The notes below the pieces were generated by a model that did no database searches, was not told where the DNA came from, and saw only the letters and a program-made list of their open reading frames with translations. Below are positions 16,310 to 24,405 of a stretch of DNA of 25,339 nucleotides, piece by piece. The stretch spans positions 1 through 25,339 of the IMG/VR virus record IMGVR_UViG_3300044911_002081, one strand, 5' to 3'. Origin of the DNA: a virus. Taxonomy: Duplodnaviria; Caudoviricetes. Numbering within the stretch: the stretch's first letter is position 1; each line of letters begins with the position of its first letter. The position numbers and the translations under genes were made by a program.

Positions 16310-18133
16310 TTAGGCCGCGTTCCTGCGACCAATCTTTGATAGAGCTTCCGCAGCTGCCTGACCGATAGTCACTGCTGCATCCGTTGGGTCCTGAACCTTT
16401 GCAAGAACTACTGCTGATGTTCCTGAAGTGATTCTGTCTGCGTATCCACTGCGCTCGTACTTGTCGAACGGTAGCCACAGAACTGCAACACCTGCCTTGT
16501 CACATTCACGCACCCACTTTTTCGCATAGTCACGCTCTGCATCTGTGTAGCAACCATCGCTCACAACTACAAGTAGTCGAGCGCCAGTGCCATGTAGAAG
16601 ATTAAGTCCACCATCAAGAGCCTTGAATGCTTTGTCGAACTTTTCAGTTCCATCAGGCGCAGTATAGACGTTAACCTTGTCAAGGTGCTGACCTGGCTTG
16701 AGTGTAGGGAATACATCTTCGCCATAGTAGACCATAGCAGTCTGCGCTTGAACACGTCGACCTGCTTCAGACATCGCCCATGCAGTAACTGCCATGGGAT
16801 TCATCGCAGAAGACATTGAGCCTGAGATGTCTACCATCACACCAATCTTGAGTGTTGGGTCATCTGTGTGCTTGCGAACTGTACGCTTCCAAGGTTCTGC
16901 ATGCTGCATTGAACCTTGAGCGCGATATGCAGCTTCCTGCACAATCGAACGAGTGCGGAGACGTCCTGGTGGAAGAATACTAGAGATCTCGTGTTCATCG
17001 CGCTCACGATACTTCGCACGTTCTAAGAGATTCGCAATCTTGACTGCTGCTGCACGCTCAGAAGGTAGTGGCTCACGAATCTCAGCAAGACGTGAACGAC
17101 TGCCTGCAGTGACTCCCATCTCGGAAGTAGTCTTGCCAAAGACATCATTCGCAACCTTCTTGTGGTCCTTCTGCTGACTTGCAGCTTGGGAACGCATGTC
17201 GACAACCTTCTGCCAATCTTCCTTCTGCTCCTGGTTCTCGACTTCATCACCAACAGCAATTGCAACGTCACCTGCAGCTTCATCAAGAGCTTCCTTAATG
17301 TCTTCGATGATGCCATCAACAATGACAAGAATCTCTGACCCAGGTCCTCCTGGAGTTGGCTTCTCTGGTTCACCGCGCTCGACAGCAAGGTCTGCAAGAA
17401 GCTTTTCCCACTCGCGAGCAAGTTCGTAGAGGTTGCGTGGGTCTGTGTGATTGTCATGCGCTTGGAAGCGAATCCATATATCACGAAGACTTGCGTAGAC
17501 TTCATCGCCAAGAAAGTCGACGATGATAGCTTTGATCTCTGCAACATCTGCATTGTCAAGTGAACCTGCATCTGCACGAGCGCAAGTAAGAGCTGCGAGT
17601 CCTGCGACTGCACGCACGCCATGAGACAAGTGCTCATCTGCAGATGCGTTGATGTCATGTAGAACGATTTCCAACGCGCAAGCGCGAAGGAAGACTCTGT
17701 TAGCTGGGAAGTTCACAACACCATGATGTTCGATGCGTGATTCTTCGAGAGACATAAGGGCTCTGTACTCATTCATTGAAAGTTCTTCAAGAGCCTTCTC
17801 AAGATTAAAGCGCGAGTAGCGAGCATGGAGTGCCTCATGGAAGATAGCACCTGCAGCCTTCGGCCAATCGAAAAGTGTGTCGCGCTTGCTTAGGTCACCA
17901 ATAGTCTCTGGTGAAGTACCTGCGCCGAACGCAATATCAACATTGACCTCGACTTCAGCCACAGGTGGGTTGAAGCAAGCTGGGGTTGGTCCTCCAGCTC
18001 CGGGTCCTACGTATGCAACGATGTCTGAGCGTCCTGCCCAGATATTGACAAGGTTGCCAATCTGTGCGCCAACGGGGAGCCACTCAGCTGGAGTGCGCTC
18101 CGCGCGTGTCGCGGAATACTTAATGTGTCCCAT
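16310..18133 (-). CDS. VWA-domain protein (CobT/NorD-like) with N-terminal HExxH
   Basis: MIDAS VDISGSM and VVVSDG; FHEALH; adjacent to the AAA+ gene. Confidence 0.85.
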   Translation of the reverse strand: MGHIKYSATRAERTPAEWLPVGAQIGNLVNIWAGRSDIVAYVGPGAGGPTPACFNPPVAEVEVNVDIAFGAGTSPETIGDLSKRDTLFDWPKAAGAIFHEALHARYSRFNLEKALEELSMNEYRALMSLEESRIEHHGVVNFPANRVFLRACALEIVLHDINASADEHLSHGVRAVAGLAALTCARADAGSLDNADVAEIKAIIVDFLGDEVYASLRDIWIRFQAHDNHTDPRNLYELAREWEKLLADLAVERGEPEKPTPGGPGSEILVIVDGIIEDIKEALDEAAGDVAIAVGDEVENQEQKEDWQKVVDMRSQAASQQKDHKKVANDVFGKTTSEMGVTAGSRSRLAEIREPLPSERAAAVKIANLLERAKYRERDEHEISSILPPGRLRTRSIVQEAAYRAQGSMQHAEPWKRTVRKHTDDPTLKIGVMVDISGSMSSAMNPMAVTAWAMSEAGRRVQAQTAMVYYGEDVFPTLKPGQHLDKVNVYTAPDGTEKFDKAFKALDGGLNLLHGTGARLLVVVSDGCYTDAERDYAKKWVRECDKAGVAVLWLPFDKYERSGYADRITSGTSAVVLAKVQDPTDAAVTIGQAAAEALSKIGRRNAA

Positions 18134-18229
18134 GTCTATCCTTCCGTCATTGATTGATGAGTTAATTATATCAGGTGTAGAGGGGTCCCAGGCACCCACA
18201 CCGAGAACCCCTCCGGCCCACAGCCAAGA

Positions 18230-19222
18230 TTAAATCTTGGCTGGTTGGCAACCTTCACCGTAGACTCTAGTGAACACATCCGCAACGACGGGGCGGTCCA
18301 GTTCTGGAGCTGCTGCGATGATGTTCGCAATTGCGAACTTGGTGCCAAATGTCTTTGTGATGTCACGGAATGCGAGTAGTTCACGCATCTGTGGGCACCA
18401 GCCAGTTTCACCTGATTGCTGACGACGTGACAAGTTCTGTGCAACTGTCACAATCTGTTGAGGTGCGCCAAGCTTCTTGGCAAGCACCCAGTCGGTAGTC
18501 ATCTCTGCTTGTATTACGAAGCGAGATAGAAGAGCTTCAGAGAGTCGAACTCCGGGAGCATTCGGATTGGTTGCTGCGATTACGTAGAACCCTTCCTTAG
18601 CTTTTACAGTTCCGCGCTCTGGGTTTGCAGTGACAGTGTACTCACCACGACCATCCATGAGTCCATATACACCTGCCATGACCTTAGGGTCAACAAGCCC
18701 ACCTTCATCAATGAAGAATGGTCTGCCTTCTTCGGCAGCTCGAAGCAACGGACCATCGACCCATTCGAATCCACCTGTAGGTGTTTGCACATACCCACCA
18801 ATGAAGTCTGATAGTTCTGTATCGCCAGTACCAAGAACAGTGATAACTTCATCACCATACGCAGCTTCAACGAGTGCAGTCTTGCCACAACCTGGAGCTC
18901 CGTACAGAAGAATGTACTGCTGGTTCTTGCGCGCTTCGCGAAGGACCATGACGTCGTCATGCTCTCCCCACTTGCGGGCATGGTACTTGTCACCATTAGG
19001 GCGCTTGTATGTAGAGTCTTCCCCTACGAATGCATCTGCTGATATCACTGGAATAACCTTTGTCTTGGGTGTTGGACGATTGCCAACTTTACCCTGTGGT
19101 TGAACTAGTGAGTCGAGAGAAGATGAGAGTTCATCGTTCATCTGCTGAGCTGCAACAGTAAAGATACTGTCACTTAAGTTCGGGTAGATCTTGTTTAAAG
19201 ATTCTACTAATGTTGTTGTCAT
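18230..19222 (-). CDS. MoxR/CbbQ/NorQ-type AAA+ ATPase
   Basis: GAPGCGKT, WVDGPL, FFIDE, AATNP, ALLSRF. Confidence 0.9.
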   Translation of the reverse strand: MTTTLVESLNKIYPNLSDSIFTVAAQQMNDELSSSLDSLVQPQGKVGNRPTPKTKVIPVISADAFVGEDSTYKRPNGDKYHARKWGEHDDVMVLREARKNQQYILLYGAPGCGKTALVEAAYGDEVITVLGTGDTELSDFIGGYVQTPTGGFEWVDGPLLRAAEEGRPFFIDEGGLVDPKVMAGVYGLMDGRGEYTVTANPERGTVKAKEGFYVIAATNPNAPGVRLSEALLSRFVIQAEMTTDWVLAKKLGAPQQIVTVAQNLSRRQQSGETGWCPQMRELLAFRDITKTFGTKFAIANIIAAAPELDRPVVADVFTRVYGEGCQPAKI

Positions 19223-19258
19223 TTACTTTGTCCTTTGTCGTTTGTGGGTGGGTGTGGA

Positions 19259-19717
19259 TTAAGACACGAAGAGTGCTTCGCCGAACCCAAGGGAACGACG
19301 TACTCGTGTGATGCGTCCTAATACTTTGTAAGGAGTCTTTCCGGCACTGATGCCATCAAGGTCTTCAGCAGCAACCTCTACGAATATTGGTTGCTTGTAC
19401 AGTTGATAGTTGTAAGTAGCAAGCTGGTTGAATGTTGAAGCTACCATGTCAATGCGATGTTCGCCTAGGCGCATCGCTTCTTCCTTGGTACGCTTCTGAA
19501 ACACTCCGAACTCATCTACACTTGTAGTAGGTAGTCCTGTGTGCTTCCAACCCTTGCGAGGTTGTGATGCAGAGATCTGGCGTCGATATACCATCGAAGG
19601 TATATTTTTGCCAGCAGATGAAATCCCATCTGGAGTGATGAGAATCTGATATGTCTGGGTTCCTTGGCGGAGCTCCATATACATAGCTTTTCCTACAACC
19701 TTGTCTTTATCTGACAT
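19259..19717 (-). CDS. Hypothetical protein
   Basis: Promoter at 19752 and start box; first gene of the AAA+ unit. Confidence 0.8.
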   Translation of the reverse strand: MSDKDKVVGKAMYMELRQGTQTYQILITPDGISSAGKNIPSMVYRRQISASQPRKGWKHTGLPTTSVDEFGVFQKRTKEEAMRLGEHRIDMVASTFNQLATYNYQLYKQPIFVEVAAEDLDGISAGKTPYKVLGRITRVRRSLGFGEALFVS

Positions 19718-19768
19718 GGGTTATCCTTTCGTCGTTTGGGTGAATATGAGTTAATTATATCAGGTAGA

Positions 19769-20152
19769 TTAGATGCTTCCGAACAACTCTTGCGCTTCGC
19801 GAGAGATTTGTTGGAGAGCGTTTTCATCGAAGGGAAACTTTACAAGATTCCCTGATGCTGTGGCAGTGAGGTGAGTGTTAATCTTGAGGAGTCCTTGAGC
19901 GTCGAACTCAATGGTAGCTCCTGCAAGGTTGTTGTCAACGTAGCGCTTGAGCGCTTCGAGTGTCTTTAGGTCTTCTATATTGAGTTGCATGGGTGTACCT
20001 TTCGTCTCGTGGGCTTGAATCTCTTCATCAGTTAGGTGGTCGCAACCTTCGTCGCATACATAACAATACTGGCAGCGAGAGTCGTTGAAGCACTCCTGAC
20101 ATTCGAAGTGTTCTGCGTACTGGTCGCATCCATCGCATTCATAAATTGCCAT
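19769..20152 (-). CDS. Cys-rich N-domain fused to a second domain with an internal start
   Basis: Four CxxC-like pairs; internal GACGAAAGG followed by ATG at 19990. Confidence 0.65.
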   Translation of the reverse strand: MAIYECDGCDQYAEHFECQECFNDSRCQYCYVCDEGCDHLTDEEIQAHETKGTPMQLNIEDLKTLEALKRYVDNNLAGATIEFDAQGLLKINTHLTATASGNLVKFPFDENALQQISREAQELFGSI

Positions 20153-20190
20153 TTTGATTCCTTCCGTCGTTGAGTTAATTATATCAGGTT

Positions 20191-20490
20191 CTAGCAGTGG
20201 CAAGCGCCACTGCTAGAAGGGGTCACGAAGCAACCTGCGCAGACCACAGCCTTTGGGGCTGGTGGAGTGTTGCGAGGTGTGGTAAGCCCAGAGGTTGTGA
20301 GCTTATTAGATACTGAGTAGTAACTACGACCCAGCTGCTTTGCGATGTCCTTGATTGGCATATTGCCAGCTTTGAGGGTTTCAAGGGTGCGGATTTCCGC
20401 CAGTGTCCATTCCTCATTGAGGTTAATGGCTGTAGCTAGTGAGAAGCCCTGGGCTTCGCGTTGCCAGAGTAAAGGTGATTGGGTTTGCAT
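20191..20490 (-). CDS. HTH/Myb-like protein with C-terminal Cys cluster
   Basis: WTLAEIRTL...IKDIAKQLGRSYYSV; CAGC...CHC. Confidence 0.75.
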   Translation of the reverse strand: MQTQSPLLWQREAQGFSLATAINLNEEWTLAEIRTLETLKAGNMPIKDIAKQLGRSYYSVSNKLTTSGLTTPRNTPPAPKAVVCAGCFVTPSSSGACHC

Positions 20491-20521
20491 TTTCTTCCTT
20501 CCGTCGTTGTGTATGGTTCTA

Positions 20522-20764
20522 TTATATCATGTCTGAAAGATAAAGTACATCAGGTGCGAAAGCTTTTGCGCATTCGCTACCAACTGGCCAAAATCCTTGC
20601 GAGGAAGCTTCGCTTGCTGAATGGATAATAGCTCCTGAGGTTGACACGTGAACCAGGTACGATTTCTTTCCTACCTTACGTCCACATTGGACACAAGATG
20701 AATGGTCGCCTGGCTGCTTAGGCTCTGCCCAGTTAACGTGGTCGCCGTATGTAAGCTTTTCCAT
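20522..20764 (-). CDS. Small zinc-binding protein
   Basis: CVQCGR...VGSECAK. Confidence 0.7.
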   Translation of the reverse strand: MEKLTYGDHVNWAEPKQPGDHSSCVQCGRKVGKKSYLVHVSTSGAIIHSASEASSQGFWPVGSECAKAFAPDVLYLSDMI

Positions 20765-20952
20765 TTTGATTCCTTCCGTCGGTGTGATGGTTCAATTATA
20801 TCAGGGAAGATTGGGAATATGGGGTAAATAGGGTAAATAGGCAAAAAAAGTTTTTAGGGGGTTTTGGCATGTATTCCTGAAACTACATGATATAATTGAT
20901 CCATCAGACCAACCGGCCTGGTAACGACGTAAAGACAAAGGGAAGGGACCAT

Positions 20953-21285
20953 ATGTCCAGCACCGCAGTTCGCACCGAGGTTACGGAAATCACCGTAACA
21001 ACCACCGTAGCTCATTTGGATGAAGCGGTAGACGCTCTTATCCAGGAGTTCGCACAAGCTAAGAAGGATATGAAAGTCCTCGAGGCTAAAAAGAAAGCTG
21101 CCGAAGATAAGATTCGCCAGCTCATGGGAGACGCCAAGATTGGATTTATCAACGGCGTACAGCGTGTCGAGATTAAAGACCGCACCACAACCAAAATCGA
21201 CCGTGAGCTATTGCAGGAAGCTTATCCTGACGCTTACACAGCAACACTTAAGTCTACAGATTACACAATCGTAGACGCTAAGTAA
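20953..21285 (+). CDS. Coiled-coil protein resembling the C-terminal region of YqaJ-type phage proteins
   Basis: Plus-strand promoter copy at 20886, GGAAGGGA RBS and a downstream terminator; family assignment tentative. Confidence 0.75.
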   Translation: MSSTAVRTEVTEITVTTTVAHLDEAVDALIQEFAQAKKDMKVLEAKKKAAEDKIRQLMGDAKIGFINGVQRVEIKDRTTTKIDRELLQEAYPDAYTATLKSTDYTIVDAK

Positions 21286-21293
21286 GCTCACAT

Positions 21294-21330
21294 AAAAAAG
21301 CTCCCTGGCTAAACGCCAGGGAGTTTTTTT
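21294..21330. terminator. Bidirectional intrinsic terminator
   Basis: A6-G-CTCCCTGGC/GCCAGGGAG-T7 between convergent genes. Confidence 0.9.
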
Positions 21331-21337
21331 GTGTCTG

Positions 21338-21556
21338 TTAGTGGTCGACTACAGGAGAAGCGCAGTCGCTGCACACAAACCAGCAATTTTCATCTGCATC
21401 CGCAACAATCACACAAGAGAAGAACTTGCCGATTGCGAATCCAACTATGTCGCCGCAGCTACTGCATGTGTCACCATCATCAGAAAACTCCGTGGGCGCG
21501 TCGTTGTTCCGCGCCTCAACGGAGTCCTCTATTACATATAGTTCAAAACTTGCCAT
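21338..21556 (-). CDS. Small zinc-finger protein
   Basis: CSSC...CSDC. Confidence 0.65.
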   Translation of the reverse strand: MASFELYVIEDSVEARNNDAPTEFSDDGDTCSSCGDIVGFAIGKFFSCVIVADADENCWFVCSDCASPVVDH

Positions 21557-21578
21557 AGCGGCAAACTTAAACTACTTT

Positions 21579-22229
21579 CTAAAGAGCTGACTTAAGAAAT
21601 TCCTTGAGACGAGCAAGTTCTGTCTGAACCTTCTCTAGCTCGGCGGACATTTCTTTTGTACGCTCAGCAACGATCTTCTCGATTAGCATGTCGATAACTG
21701 GATTCGACATAACGCCCGCAGGGATATTCACTGGGGTAATATCTTCGAGAATAACTTCTTGAGCCTTAGCTGCTTTCTTCTTTGACCATGGGACTCCCCA
21801 GCTATCGCTAAGGAAGATGCCTGGTACAGCTTCTGCTTCTGTTCTTGCCTGAACTGGATTTTGTGTGGAAAAGAGCGCAGCTCGTATATTCCTAATCTTC
21901 TGTCCACAGGCTCTGAGAGAACGTTCATCTGACGTCTCATCGCGAGCGAACAGCTTGCCTCTTTCAACAAGTTCATTCAGTGCAATGCGCACGTGACTAT
22001 CATGGTAGCGATGATTTAGTTCTTGAACAATCATCTCTGTGATTTCTGTCACGCTGAGTGGTTGTGTTTGCTTCTGCATTAAATCTAATACTTGCGATGC
22101 AAACTTTGTGAGAGCAGGTGCCTGGGGTTCTTGCATAACTGTCTCTTCCTTTGGTGCCAGTGATTGATAAAAAGGATCTGTAGGTTTCACTCGAGTAGTG
22201 AACCTAGCTACCTGTTGGATTTTGGGCAT
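21579..22229 (-). CDS. Winged-HTH protein with C-terminal coiled coil
   Basis: PLSVTEI...VRIALNELVERGKL; promoter at 22253 and start box. Confidence 0.75.
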   Translation of the reverse strand: MPKIQQVARFTTRVKPTDPFYQSLAPKEETVMQEPQAPALTKFASQVLDLMQKQTQPLSVTEITEMIVQELNHRYHDSHVRIALNELVERGKLFARDETSDERSLRACGQKIRNIRAALFSTQNPVQARTEAEAVPGIFLSDSWGVPWSKKKAAKAQEVILEDITPVNIPAGVMSNPVIDMLIEKIVAERTKEMSAELEKVQTELARLKEFLKSAL

Positions 22230-22356
22230 AGCTTCCTTTCGTCATTGTGAGTTAATTATAACAGGTCGACTATGAAAAGCTCGGCAAGCTAGGGGCATCC
22301 CAGTTCTTAGTAGAGATCTCACCAAGAAGCTGAGATCAGATCAAGTCGATCGGAAG

Positions 22357-22376
22357 ACTTCTTAGTACTAAGAAGT
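22357..22376. repeat. Perfect 20-bp palindrome
   Basis: ACTTCTTAGT|ACTAAGAAGT, overlapping the stop codon of the CHAP gene. Confidence 0.85.
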
Positions 22377-23153
22377 TAAAGAAGCATCAAGCTGGAAAAT
22401 CCCAGTGCGTTGGCCGAGAACTCTCAAGCTTCGTTCATCCGGTACTCCGGTCGCATCGTTCCCGACGTACCCAAGGATTCGTTGCCAGTGGGAGTACGCC
22501 CGTTGAGTCTCAGTGTCGAACATGTCGACAGTTACTGGACCAAGTCCGACCGTCTTCGATAAAGCTAGCTGAACGAGCCCGATGGCTTTATTACGTCGGC
22601 CAGGCCGGCATGCCTCAATTGAAATCGCATGCCCGCTGCCCGTTGTAGCTTTTATAAGGCGACCAGGCCTTAATTTGAAAGACGCAGGCCGTCCAAAACC
22701 TAGAACCTCATGTTGTGTACGTACCCGCCAATACACACCCGCTACGGACTGGTCCGCCTTAGGCAGGCCTGAACCCGTGTCCGCCTCGATTGTTTGGACA
22801 AGCCCGTCCGCTTGCCATCGGTCCGTTTTAACGACCAGGCCGCAATGTGGCATGCCGTAGTTTGTGCCCGTTGCCTGTAGTGAATAAAAAGCTATATCGC
22901 CAGGCCGCGGTTTGTTGAAGAGCCGGTTATGCTTTACGAACTCCGCTATAGCTGTCGGAGTGTAAGCGCAGCTAGGGATAAGCACGCCCGCCTGATGAAA
23001 GATGTAGTCGATGAACATGCCCGCCCAAGGTTGACCGTTGTATCCGGCTGCCTCCGCGAACGGATTAAAGTTGTTACCGCGTGCCGTTGTGCCAAGCCAC
23101 CGCTCCGCCTCGGCTATAACCAGCCAGGCCTGCTTGTCGTTTGTCATCGTCAT
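22368..23153 (-). CDS. CHAP-like domain plus peptidoglycan-binding domain (endolysin-like)
   Basis: GQPWAGMF, PRPGDIAFY, HCGLV, TIEADT, GFGRP; C-terminal VQLAL...WQ..LG...ATGVPD. Confidence 0.8.
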   Translation of the reverse strand: MTMTNDKQAWLVIAEAERWLGTTARGNNFNPFAEAAGYNGQPWAGMFIDYIFHQAGVLIPSCAYTPTAIAEFVKHNRLFNKPRPGDIAFYSLQATGTNYGMPHCGLVVKTDRWQADGLVQTIEADTGSGLPKADQSVAGVYWRVRTQHEVLGFGRPASFKLRPGRLIKATTGSGHAISIEACRPGRRNKAIGLVQLALSKTVGLGPVTVDMFDTETQRAYSHWQRILGYVGNDATGVPDERSLRVLGQRTGIFQLDASLTS

Positions 23154-23163
23154 TGGCCGTCCC

Positions 23164-23355
23164 TTACTCTTGGCTTGCAAGCTCCTGAACCAGGAGTTGC
23201 TGAATCATATCACCTAAGTTCTCTGCTTCGTTCGCCCGTGCCGTTAGACGGATGTGCTCCTCACGAGTCGAGGCTAGCTCAACATCGTTTAAGAGCGAGG
23301 CCGCATGCTCCCTCATCTGGTAGGCGATTTCTTCAAGTGCTGTTATGTTACTCAT
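23164..23355 (-). CDS. Small helical protein
   Basis: GGAG RBS; overlaps the upstream stop. Confidence 0.65.
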   Translation of the reverse strand: MSNITALEEIAYQMREHAASLLNDVELASTREEHIRLTARANEAENLGDMIQQLLVQELASQE

Positions 23356-24247
23356 CGGTAGGGCTCTCCTCGACAACCGTCGCATCTTCTACTGCCTGGG
23401 CGTCATTAACTCCGTCATTCGAAAGCTCAACCGCTACGTTATACGCACCGCTGGATAGACGGGCAAGCCGCTCTGCAATAATTGAAGAGGCAGGCCGTGC
23501 GTCTGTAACGTTCAACGTCGCGTCGAACTCTACACCGCCTCGTATGCCAGCCCTGTCTAGAATCTCCGTAGATGCTTTTAATCTTACTGGCTCTGAAGCC
23601 GCATTGGTCATCAGGTCTTCTAAGATGTCTACCGCATAAGGAGCTGCTTGTGTTATCCGCTTGCGAGCTCTCTCGATATCCTCGCCTGGCTTCTTAGAGA
23701 GATGACGTAAGTGCACACGGCAGAGGCCGTCATCCTTTGGACGTCCGGAAGACCAAAGCATGCAGCGAATGCCGTCATCCTTAATGGTAGAACATCTGTG
23801 TGGAAGTGAGGTCGGCTTACGCTTGGAGCTCGCGATTGGCTCGTCCTGCTCCTTGCCCCACATCTTAGTAGCTCCGATTACCCAAGGTGGAACTAGCTTA
23901 TCCGTCATTGCCTCAACAAGAAGATCGTAGCCCGTTAGGTAATCTGAGTTCACATTGTCTGGGTCAACAAGGATTGGCTTCTTCTCCGCTAGGGAGAGGA
24001 GACGACGCTCCGTTGCCATGTCCTGTGACCGCGCCATGATGAGACCCGTAGGAACTCCATTGGTAGAGTACACAGTGTCCCAGCCCATGTGCGCCTTACG
24101 AAGTAAGGAGCGGTTCTCATAGGTGTCCTCACAGACACCGCGCTCCATCTCGATGATACCGCACAGTGAAAGGTCTGGCCTCAGGTTGACAGGTTCATCA
24201 ATCTGGATCTCTGGCTTCTCGTCTTCAGGTCCGGTAATCTCTAGCAT
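23348..24247 (-). CDS. Terminase-small-subunit-like protein
   Basis: C...KDDG.RC...LCRVH followed by AA..AV..L..LM..A.SE.VRLKA..EILDRAG, a pattern typical of actinophage TerS-like proteins; assignment tentative. Confidence 0.6.
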   Translation of the reverse strand: MLEITGPEDEKPEIQIDEPVNLRPDLSLCGIIEMERGVCEDTYENRSLLRKAHMGWDTVYSTNGVPTGLIMARSQDMATERRLLSLAEKKPILVDPDNVNSDYLTGYDLLVEAMTDKLVPPWVIGATKMWGKEQDEPIASSKRKPTSLPHRCSTIKDDGIRCMLWSSGRPKDDGLCRVHLRHLSKKPGEDIERARKRITQAAPYAVDILEDLMTNAASEPVRLKASTEILDRAGIRGGVEFDATLNVTDARPASSIIAERLARLSSGAYNVAVELSNDGVNDAQAVEDATVVEESPTDE

Positions 24248-24405
24248 GTTGTAATAGTACACTTGTACATAAAAAGAGACAGACCCCGTCACATCGGGGA
24301 GAGGTCTAGTGACGAGGTCTGCCTGAACTGCACAAGGATACGAAAACGAGACCACAGGCTCGCAATCGCGTCGCTTGAAGTCTCGCTGTCGTTAAAGCTG
24401 AGGTG

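Larger units (their letters stand above)
3069..22265 (-). promoter_or_regulatory. Dispersed family of ~25 extended -10 promoters, consensus C(C/A)TG(A/T)TATAATTA
   Basis: Seen on + as taattat(a)(t/a)ca(g/t)g or close variants at ~3069, 4001, 5568, 7260, 8281, 9159, 9756, 10360, 11610, 11951, 12293, 12760, 13095, 13499, 13886, 14222, 14806, 15302, 18163, 19752, 20176, 20519, 20793 and 22253, plus one opposite-orientation copy at 20886. All but the 5568 copy lie just upstream of a gene start. Confidence 0.9.

Noticed and set aside
17023-17658. 211-aa alternate-frame ORF inside the VWA gene
   Set aside because: Its Leu/Gln/Met-rich composition is what the VWA gene's codon bias yields in a shifted frame.
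2760-20203. Longer ORF-track starts such as MTKG..., MGAWDP... and MPLLEPDIIN...
   Set aside because: These extensions translate the promoter and start box themselves (PDII = CCTGATATAATT, TKG = ACGAAAGGA). The downstream ATGs have proper SD spacing.
22929-23639. 236-aa plus-strand ORF and other plus-strand ORFs (e.g. 12317..12628, 18630..19103)
   Set aside because: Antisense shadows of well-supported minus-strand genes, lacking RBS, promoter or recognisable motifs.
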